Source: Planctomycetota bacterium
GTDB lineage: Bacteria > Planctomycetota > Phycisphaerae > Sedimentisphaerales > Anaerohalosphaeraceae
Length of the DNA: 64,000 nucleotides
Assembly (NCBI GenBank): GCA_029552545.1
Contig: JAKPDO010000025.1
Span: forward strand, 43,610 to 107,609
Reading direction: 5' to 3'
In this document: positions 26,326-33,815 of the stretch, piece by piece
How positions within the stretch are numbered: position 1 is the first letter of the stretch
How the letters are laid out: each line of letters starts with the position of its first letter
Position numbers and translations under genes: made by a program
The notes under the pieces: model-generated
Databases searched by the model: none
What the model saw: the letters and a program-made list of their open reading frames with translations, nothing else
What the model was told of the DNA's origin: nothing

Positions 26326-28296
26326 TTACTGACAATCGGGATGGATTCCGCACTGGAGCCAGCTTTGCGCAAAGACAGCCAGGTCGGCCAAGTCCACGAT
26401 GCAGTTGCCGCTGTAGTCCAGCTGGGGACGGAACCGGCAGAAGCTGCCGGCGCCGGCGGCATACAGATCGGCAACCTGGTCAGCCGTCAGCGGATAGTTC
26501 CAAATCTGCACATCATCCATCAGACCGCTGTAGAAGGCGTCATCGGCCCAGTTGCTTTCGCCGATGTAGTTGTTGTTCCGGACGAGAATATTGGGCATCT
26601 GAGCGATGGTGCCTGTCTGAACAGGCAGGCCGTTTCGATAGAGGGTGACATTGCCTGAAGCGTCCATCACGGCTACATACATCTGCCATTCATTCAGATT
26701 TATGGCACCCGTTGCGGTTACAGCACCGGCGCTGGTGCTTCCGCGATAATGGCTGTATGTCAGGTTGGTGGTTGTTCCGTTTCGGCTCAGATAGATGTTG
26801 TCGCTGTTGGCGCCGTTGCCGAAATCGACAAATCGTGCCCATGTAGTGACGGCAGCGGGTCTGGCCCAGACGGAGATGGTGATGCCCGGCGAGAAGTCGT
26901 CAAATCCGGCAGGCAGCTGAACATGGTCATCCGTTCCGTCAAACGACAGGGCTTGACCGAAGATGCCGGCCGCAAAAGACGGCTCGCCCATGAGGGTGCC
27001 GTGCAGATTGTTGCCGGAGGAATCATTTGCATTTCCGTCAAAGGTGTAGTGAGCAATCTTCTGTTTGATGGAAACACGCACGGTGCTGCTTAGAGCCTGA
27101 CCGGGATTAGCGGCAACGCAGTAATACCAGCCGGCATTCGTTTTGGCCAGCGTGCCCAGAGAAAGCGTGTCGGAATTCGTGCCGACCACGACGTCGTCGT
27201 CCGGGGTATTGTTTGCATTGTCCTGACTCTTATACCAGGTGTAAGTCATCGGGCTACTGCTGGAAAACTCTACGGTGATAGCATCGGCTGTTTCTCCGAC
27301 AAATTTGGCCTGGTAAGACGGAGAAATGCTCACAAAAATAGGAATTGAAGTAGCGGTAAAGCTCCAGGACGGGCCGACAAACAGGTTCGGGTCGACTGGA
27401 TCTGTGTCGTAGCAATCCACACGCCAGTAATATTTTCCTTCGGGCAGCGGAATGCTGTACCCGGCAAACGAATTGATATTGACGGAGGTCACGGCCGGTG
27501 TAAAGGTCAGTTTGCTCATGAGGGCCGTGTTTGGGTCAGTTCCGAAATAGACATCGCATTTGCCGACTCCCGGCAGAAGGTTCCACTGCAGCTGGGTAAG
27601 CAGACTGCGGTTGACGAAGGCCTCATTAGCTGGTACCGGATTCACTGCTTTCCCAAGCGATGCATTGGGCATAACCAGAGTCGGATGCTGATAGGTGGTA
27701 TTTTCTTTCGTTGCTAATTCTGTTTCATCATCCCCGCCGATCAGGATAAAGGTGACCAGGCCGTTTGTATCGGACTGAAGGAACGATGCCAAAGGCAAGC
27801 TTGTCGGAGACGTTGTCAAAATCTGAGGCGCTGCCTGGTTGGAAGTCTGAAACGTACCCAGCTGGATGGTTTTTGTTGCGTCCAGAGCATACTGTCCAGG
27901 GTTGGCCGGCAGAAACCACGGTGTATTGTTAAAGGTAATCGTTGTTTCGCCCCAATTGTCCAGATTCTCGTCCGTGAGCCCGTATACAGTTACGGTTTTT
28001 CCGCCGGATTTCATATAGGTTGTCTGGAAAACCATATAGGCGCCGGACATATCTCCGGTTACCTGGCTGATGTCAAAGCGAAAGAACGTAATCTTGCAGC
28101 GGTTGTTGTTGTTGTAACGGAAACGCACTCTGTTTTCCGTCCCGAAGTTTCCATTCGGGCTTTGTGAACTGATATCGTTTGCCACATAGGTATCCGCTCC
28201 GCGGCCGAAGGCGGTTGTACGAATAACCTCTGCGCGAGCTGTCAATCCCAGCGCAGCCAACAGGATGAGTCCTCCGCACATCTTGAACATTTTCAT
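26326..28296 (-). CDS. secreted protein: DNRLRE/CBM96-like module + Ig-like modules + LamG domain + C-terminal dockerin-like Cys tag
   Basis: AGGAGG RBS and a signal peptide. N-module GRGADTYVANDIS..RCKITFFRFDISQV..VTVYGLTDENLDNWGETTITFNNTP. YYWRVD-type Ig-like module. LamG region (HYTFDGNANDSSGNNLHGTL..ALSFDG.DDHVQLP..MDDVQIWNYPL). Confidence 0.8.
   Translation of the reverse strand: MKMFKMCGGLILLAALGLTARAEVIRTTAFGRGADTYVANDISSQSPNGNFGTENRVRFRYNNNNRCKITFFRFDISQVTGDMSGAYMVFQTTYMKSGGKTVTVYGLTDENLDNWGETTITFNNTPWFLPANPGQYALDATKTIQLGTFQTSNQAAPQILTTSPTSLPLASFLQSDTNGLVTFILIGGDDETELATKENTTYQHPTLVMPNASLGKAVNPVPANEAFVNRSLLTQLQWNLLPGVGKCDVYFGTDPNTALMSKLTFTPAVTSVNINSFAGYSIPLPEGKYYWRVDCYDTDPVDPNLFVGPSWSFTATSIPIFVSISPSYQAKFVGETADAITVEFSSSSPMTYTWYKSQDNANNTPDDDVVVGTNSDTLSLGTLAKTNAGWYYCVAANPGQALSSTVRVSIKQKIAHYTFDGNANDSSGNNLHGTLMGEPSFAAGIFGQALSFDGTDDHVQLPAGFDDFSPGITISVWARPAAVTTWARFVDFGNGANSDNIYLSRNGTTTNLTYSHYRGSTSAGAVTATGAINLNEWQMYVAVMDASGNVTLYRNGLPVQTGTIAQMPNILVRNNNYIGESNWADDAFYSGLMDDVQIWNYPLTADQVADLYAAGAGSFCRFRPQLDYSGNCIVDLADLAVFAQSWLQCGIHPDCQ
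26329..26421 (-). other. C-terminal dockerin-like Cys tag
   Basis: LDYSGNCIVDLADLAVFAQSWLQCGIHPDCQ (last 31 aa). Confidence 0.5.
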
Positions 28297-28325
28297 GACT
28301 AAATCCTCCTAACAGGTGTTAATAA

Positions 28326-28353
28326 TCCGGGCGGGTCAGGCGACCCGCCCGGA
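28326..28353 (-). terminator. perfect 12-bp GC-rich intercistronic hairpin (attenuator or RNA-stability element)
   Basis: TCCGGGCGGGTC-AGGC-GACCCGCCCGGA, lying between the stop at 28377 and the next start at 28296. Confidence 0.35.
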
Positions 28354-28376
28354 GACAGTACACCATTAATTATTGA

Positions 28377-30410
28377 TTAAGGACAATCCAAACTGGTGCA
28401 GTTAAGCCACTGCGCGGCCAGCAATGCAACATCTTTCAGGTTGACGAAGCAGTCGTCATTCAAGTCAGAGAGCAGCCGCGTATACCCCGGAACCTGATGG
28501 GCTGCATCACAGGGGTTGATGCCGACATAGACGCGGACATTGTCCGAGCCGGTCAGTTCCGTGTCATTGGCTTCCAGCTGGAATTCATACCAGCCGGCAT
28601 CCGGCAGGGTGACGGTAGTCTGCAACTGGTCGGCCGGATTGATTATCACCGGCTGGGAACCGGCCGGTCCGCTGACCTGTGCCCACAGGACTGTGACTTG
28701 TCCGCTGGGAAGGCCGTCATCCGTCACGGTTCCGGACAGGGTGACAACGGCGTCGCCGTTCCCCGTCGCTCCTTCGAGCAGATAAGTCAGCTGAAGGCGA
28801 GGACGGTACGCCGGATTCGAATTCTCTTTGGTTGCAATTCCGTAACCGCGGTCATTGGAGTCTTCGCAGGCAATAATGAAGGTGACCAGCCCGCCATCCT
28901 GCACCCGACTTTGGATAAATGCTTCCAGGGCCGGACCGGTGATGGTAACCACGTCGCTGGCGATGACCTCCGAAATGCCCGGTACATTGTCATCCAGATC
29001 GGTAATCCAGCCGTTCGTGATAGCCGTAGTCATCGGAACCGCACCGTTCCACTCCTGGCCGGCGGCAACGGCGCCGTTTTCCGTCAGGGTTGCTTCACTC
29101 CAGTTCTGGGGCGTATTGCTGGGCACATTGTTGAGCCCGTGCAGAGAGAACCGTGCATTATTGATTGTATCGTTCCGGGTTCCGGCCACTTTTCGGAGGG
29201 TTAAGGTTACGTCTTTGACCGTTCCCGGACCCAGAGCGGCCAGTTCGGAAAGGTTAAATCGCAAATAGCTGGCATGATCCACACTGCCGCCTCGGACGTC
29301 CATATATTCAAGCCCGCCGTAAACGGTGGCGTCCCGAAGATAGGTGTCAGACTCTGTTGTGGTATCTACAATCGTTCGAGTCAGCCAGGCAAACTGGTCT
29401 GCACCGGCGTTGACAACCGGGGCGCTGTTGTTGGTGTTGAAGGTCCACACCTTTCCCTGAACATAGGACGGCTGACGGCTGGTGTCGTTGGTGTTGACGA
29501 CCCAGTAATAGGTTTTGTAGGGCTGCAGCTGCGGCATCGGAACAGAATTGCCGGTGACGCCGGAGGCCAGCAGCGTCAGGCCGTAGTTCGGCAGCAGGGC
29601 GTTGGGCTCTGTTTCGCCGAAGTACACATCGCAGGTGATGATTCCCTGCGGAAGGTTCGGTTCCGGATTGGTCCAGCTGAGGGTTTGATAGTCACTGATT
29701 ATTATTTTGGCATTATTGGCCGGCACAGGACTGGATGCCCGTCTGACCGCATAAGCATTTGGGAAAGTGAGCGTCGGCGGATTGAACGTGGCGTGTTCTT
29801 TGGAAGCCACCTCGACTTCATTGTCGCCGCCGATAAAAATCAGCGTGACCAAACCGTTGGTGTCTTTAGAGAGGAAGTCCTTCAAGGGCAGGGCTGTCGG
29901 ATTCGAAGAGAAGGTGATGGGATATGTGATTGGATCTGCCGGCGCAGCCGGTGTGGTTAACGTACCCAGCTGGGTCGTTGTGTTGGCGACAAACTGGTAA
30001 TTCCCAAGCGTTGTCGGCGGATTGGGGACCATGCAGGGGGCCGTGTTGTAGGTGATGGTGCTTTCGTTCCAGATATCCATCGGCCCGTCAACCAGTCCAT
30101 AGACCGTAACGGATTTCTCGCCGCCTTTTACATAGGTTGCATCAAAGGTAATAAAGGCGCCTTCGAGGTCGCCGTCAATACCGCTTAAATCGAAGCGGAT
30201 GAAACCGGTTTTGGAACGAGTATTGGCCAGCTGACGGAAGGCCCGAATCCGCTCCTCAGCCGAAAAATTTGCTGTAGGGGCTTGCTGGCTGTCGTTGGTC
30301 AGGTAGGTATCGGCTCCCTGACCAACCTCGGTCGTGACGACCACAGCTGCGCGGGCCACGAGCCCGAACATGCACAAGATAATTGCGAACCATACAATAC
30401 GTGCTTTCAT
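28377..30410 (-). CDS. secreted protein with two DNRLRE/CBM96-like modules, an Ig-like module and a C-terminal dockerin-like Cys tag
   Basis: The internal ATG 30410 gives MKARIVWFAIILCMFGLVARA; the 29 upstream ORF-track codons were rejected. Module 1 is GQGADTYLTNDSQ..FIRFDLSGI..VTVYGLVDGPMDIWNESTITYNTAP. Module 2 is SDTYLRDA..SYLRFNLSEL..WSEATLT. Confidence 0.8.
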   Translation of the reverse strand: MKARIVWFAIILCMFGLVARAAVVVTTEVGQGADTYLTNDSQQAPTANFSAEERIRAFRQLANTRSKTGFIRFDLSGIDGDLEGAFITFDATYVKGGEKSVTVYGLVDGPMDIWNESTITYNTAPCMVPNPPTTLGNYQFVANTTTQLGTLTTPAAPADPITYPITFSSNPTALPLKDFLSKDTNGLVTLIFIGGDNEVEVASKEHATFNPPTLTFPNAYAVRRASSPVPANNAKIIISDYQTLSWTNPEPNLPQGIITCDVYFGETEPNALLPNYGLTLLASGVTGNSVPMPQLQPYKTYYWVVNTNDTSRQPSYVQGKVWTFNTNNSAPVVNAGADQFAWLTRTIVDTTTESDTYLRDATVYGGLEYMDVRGGSVDHASYLRFNLSELAALGPGTVKDVTLTLRKVAGTRNDTINNARFSLHGLNNVPSNTPQNWSEATLTENGAVAAGQEWNGAVPMTTAITNGWITDLDDNVPGISEVIASDVVTITGPALEAFIQSRVQDGGLVTFIIACEDSNDRGYGIATKENSNPAYRPRLQLTYLLEGATGNGDAVVTLSGTVTDDGLPSGQVTVLWAQVSGPAGSQPVIINPADQLQTTVTLPDAGWYEFQLEANDTELTGSDNVRVYVGINPCDAAHQVPGYTRLLSDLNDDCFVNLKDVALLAAQWLNCTSLDCP
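28380..28472 (-). other. C-terminal dockerin-like Cys tag
   Basis: LSDLNDDCFVNLKDVALLAAQWLNCTSLDCP (last 31 aa). Confidence 0.5.
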
Positions 30411-30477
30411 AACCAAATCCTCCACAATAAAGTTAATAAGATGAAATTTACTTACCCATCCCTCTTTACGCTTGTAT

Positions 30478-31235
30478 TTATTCCAGTCCCTGTACAATGG
30501 TTCTCCACAATTCCGGGTCCTGCATAGGGTCAGAGCCGTACACCTGCTTGTCCAGCACCTCGGGGTTCTGACGGAATTTTACGCTGGCGTCTGAATAGAG
30601 CAGGTTGGCTCCGGCATATCCTCCCCGCCGATGAGACATCCGCTCGCGGGCCTGAAGCACATCCAGGCAGATGGAGCGGCTTGGGTGTGTCTGGGAAAGC
30701 TTCTTGGCTACGGCGGGGAATTGTTTGGTGCCGACAGTCATTTTCCTTTGGGATGACTGGGGCAGATATGAAAAGCTGATTCGGACCGAGTTGGGATTGC
30801 TCGGATTGGCATAGGCCGGGTCCACGGAAGGCCAATCCTGCGGCCCCAGATAGGCCTCGTAGCTGAAAGCGGTCCGTTTGTTGCTCGGGCAGTAGAAAAC
30901 GGCTCCATCATCGATATACCCGCGGGTCCACAGCGGAGCCAGATTGAAGGTACCGGTGATGCGGGTCTGCGGCGGCTTGGTCGGGTCCACATTGAAAATG
31001 AAGTAGGTCGCCGCACCGCCTGTTCGCGTTTCCGTGTAGTAGGCCTCCGGCAGGGAGTCGGCGTTCGCCTGCGTGTAGAGGTGAAGGACCTGACCGATGA
31101 TTTTCAGAGGTCGGCACAGGCCAGCCGTCCGGCATGCTCTTTGGCCATTTTCAGGGAAGGCATCACGATGCTCAGCAGCAGAGCGATGATGGCAATCACG
31201 ACAAGCAGTTCGATGAGTGTAAAGGCCTTTTTCAT
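30478..31235 (-). pseudogene. DUF1559 / prepilin-type N-terminal cleavage-methylation domain protein with a disrupted reading frame
   Basis: ATG 31235 encodes MKKAFTLIELLVVIAIIALLLSIVMPSLKMAKEHAGRLACADL* and stops at 31104. The rest of the protein (..CRPLKIIGQVLHLY...GANLLYSDASVKF, the DUF1559-type end) is in another frame, ORF 30478..31245. The frames meet at about 31113-31118. Confidence 0.7.
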
Positions 31236-31245
31236 AGGGATGCAT

Positions 31246-32961
31246 TTACTCCAGAATCAGTTTGGGTTGTCCGAAGATGCACCAGTCATATCCGATGGCA
31301 TTGCGGTCCAATTCAGGGTCGCGGCTGCCGCCGTCGGTGGCAATCAGAGTCAGGAAGCGGTCGGCCTCTGACAGTTCGATTTCTATATTGTCAGCCCGGC
31401 CGGCGGCCAAAGCGGCGTGATGACGGACTCGGCCGTCCACCAGGACCCAGCATTCCGCATAGCCGGCGTCCAGATGCGGGGGGGCAAAGTCCAGCAAACC
31501 CGCCTGGGCTGTGAATCGCCGAATCGGCGTTTGCAGGCGGCTTCGAACGGCATTCAGGTCAAAGGTAATGCCGCTGTTGGCGTGCATGCAAAGGAACGTT
31601 TTTTCCGGATTATTGTAATCGACCGAACCGAGCTCCAGGGATGCGGATTTTTTTTGGCTGTTTTGCAGCAGCTTCTCCGCGGGGGAATGAAGGATGTCGG
31701 CGAAGAAGTAGCCGCTGGTGACCGGGCATTCGCGGAACACATGGCCGGCGGAACTGACAATCTGAGGGCTGTTTCCATTGGGTACAAAGACGCCGTCGAT
31801 GTAGGGATTGGCGGGAACTTTGTTATAGGCATTGCCGCTGCGTCGGTCCCGCATTTCACCGGGGACATCCGCCGGGCGATTGGACGGATTGATGCCGGTT
31901 TCTTTTTGGCCGGTGCCTAATCCGGTGCCGCCGCCTACAATATCTGCCAGGTCTATCTGTTTTTCCTGACGCCAGATGAGGTTGTTCTGGGACTGGATAT
32001 CCCTGGCGAAGAACTGCTCACTGAGCCGGATGGACTGCACTTCGGTGCCGGATTCGCCGAAGCGTTTGGCCTGGCCGGCCATTACATCCAGGACTTGTTT
32101 GGTTTTGTTGCTCAGTCCGGCAATCAGAACGGTTTTGCCCTCGAAGACATGCAGTTCAATATCCCCCCGCATATCCGTATAGACCCCGAACTGAGTGCCC
32201 ATATCAATAATTTTGGATTTTTGGGTCTGCACGGCAAATCCGTTCTGTGCCTGCCGAATGTTCACAAAGACCCGTCCGTAGGTCATCGACAGCTCGTCGG
32301 AGTTAACAAAGCGGAATTCCGCAGGAGCTTCGATAACCAGATGCACACCGTTGTCGGTTTGAATCTTGATCAGTCCTTTGATCAGCTGAACCGGAGCGGC
32401 TCCGGCCGACAGACGGGTCCCTTTTTCGAGGGGTTCCCGGGACGACCAGGCGGCACCGAGGGTGTCGCTGACGGAAGCCACACCCGACTGGGGGGCTGGG
32501 AAAACCAGCGGATAAATCAGAATCATCAAAAGGGCCGCCATCGAAGCGAAGAGAGCGAACAAGGACAGTTTGGATACCTGCGGTCTGGATTTGGCGGCAA
32601 TTGCAGGACGCGGGACCTGCGGAGACGGCATCTCCACGGGCGGCAGTTCGACGGCCTCGGCTTCTTTTTCGTAATCCCCTAAAATCTGAAGGAATTCGAG
32701 CGTCAGAGGCGCACCGGAATCGTTCGGTTCTTCATCCCCGCAGGACAGCGGTGAGGCCAGGACCGGCGTATGGCGAATGGCGGCCTGCAGGTTGCACAAG
32801 TCGGTACACAAATAGACGTAGTCGATGTAAAGCTCTTGTGCCTGCGGATAATTTTTTAAAAGACTGCTTAATTCCTCGAACTCTTCCCGGGTGATGGCTT
32901 CATCCCGCAAAGCTCCGAGGAGCGTAAACAAACGATTCAGCTGGATATTGGAAAGTTCCAT
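31246..32961 (-). CDS. FecR-type anti-sigma factor with C-terminal NPCBM-like/carbohydrate-binding-like domain
   Basis: ATG 32961 (MELSNIQLNRLF..) lies 5 nt after the sigma stop. The N-terminal sigma-binding helices are followed by a TM helix (LFALFASMAALLMILIYPLVF), a FecR beta-domain (VHLVIEAPAEFRF..GRVFV..FAVQT....DMGTQFGV) and a C-terminal beta-sandwich (GITFDL....CWVLVDG...TDGG...D.DW). The last domain call is inference. Confidence 0.8.
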   Translation of the reverse strand: MELSNIQLNRLFTLLGALRDEAITREEFEELSSLLKNYPQAQELYIDYVYLCTDLCNLQAAIRHTPVLASPLSCGDEEPNDSGAPLTLEFLQILGDYEKEAEAVELPPVEMPSPQVPRPAIAAKSRPQVSKLSLFALFASMAALLMILIYPLVFPAPQSGVASVSDTLGAAWSSREPLEKGTRLSAGAAPVQLIKGLIKIQTDNGVHLVIEAPAEFRFVNSDELSMTYGRVFVNIRQAQNGFAVQTQKSKIIDMGTQFGVYTDMRGDIELHVFEGKTVLIAGLSNKTKQVLDVMAGQAKRFGESGTEVQSIRLSEQFFARDIQSQNNLIWRQEKQIDLADIVGGGTGLGTGQKETGINPSNRPADVPGEMRDRRSGNAYNKVPANPYIDGVFVPNGNSPQIVSSAGHVFRECPVTSGYFFADILHSPAEKLLQNSQKKSASLELGSVDYNNPEKTFLCMHANSGITFDLNAVRSRLQTPIRRFTAQAGLLDFAPPHLDAGYAECWVLVDGRVRHHAALAAGRADNIEIELSEADRFLTLIATDGGSRDPELDRNAIGYDWCIFGQPKLILE

Positions 32962-32966
32962 AAGGT

Positions 32967-33506
32967 TTATGAATACACCTCCCGAAGATTCCGGCGAATG
33001 CACAGCAGAAGTTTTGCGTGGATTTTGTTCAGCATTCGATAGAGCACGTGGAGCTGCTTGCCGGTCTGTTCAGCGACCCGGCGTGTCGAGCTGCCCGGCT
33101 CGTAGCGCATCTGAATCAGGGACAGCTCATAGGCCTTCAGCTGCTGAAGGCATTTTTTCAGCAGGGGAAGGCGCTCGTCCACATTGGGGTTTTGGAGATT
33201 TTTTTCGGCAAGAAGGTTGAGCATTTCTTCACTGAAATACACTTTGTCTTTTTTCTGGTTTTTGTAGTAATTCAGGATTTGGTAATGGGCGATTTTCAGG
33301 GCCCAAGCGGAGAAATTGGTGGATTTGTCAAACTGGTCAAATTTGGACCATAAAACGGCCGCTGTTTCCTGAATCACATCATCCACATCGGACCAGTTCG
33401 GCACCAGCGCCCGTACAAACCCATAAAGCCGGCGTTCATTGGCTAAATAAAGTTTGATAAAAAGCCGGTAGTCTTCGGATGTCAGATTTTTTCTTTCTTC
33501 CGACAT
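32967..33506 (-). CDS. ECF-type RNA polymerase sigma-70 family factor
   Basis: ATG 33506 (the ORF-track TTG is at 33521). Region 2 is DVDDVIQETAAVLWSKFDQF..FSAWALKIAHYQILNYY. Region 4 is the HTH STRRVAEQTGKQLHVLYRMLNKI. Confidence 0.9.
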   Translation of the reverse strand: MSEERKNLTSEDYRLFIKLYLANERRLYGFVRALVPNWSDVDDVIQETAAVLWSKFDQFDKSTNFSAWALKIAHYQILNYYKNQKKDKVYFSEEMLNLLAEKNLQNPNVDERLPLLKKCLQQLKAYELSLIQMRYEPGSSTRRVAEQTGKQLHVLYRMLNKIHAKLLLCIRRNLREVYS

Positions 33507-33815
33507 AATTTCCCTTTTCAAAAGGGCTTCTCCGTTCTTGGATATAGAAGTTTTCCGAAAAAATTAGAGGTTTTTTTGAAAATTTCCCCATTTTTTTATT
33601 TGGAAGCTTAATCTGGATATACTTTTGTATGTAGTAGGTGTTATTTTTGTGAAATTTCTTGTTTCCCTCAAAAAAATCAGTAAAAGAGATTAAATTTGTT
33701 CTATTTCCCAATAGAAGCCCATCATATGGGGTTGTGAATAGCAGTGTTATTATGTCTTATATGTCTGGATAAGATTCATTGTTGGACGGCAACGAAAGCA
33801 TTTTGTGGGGGTTTT

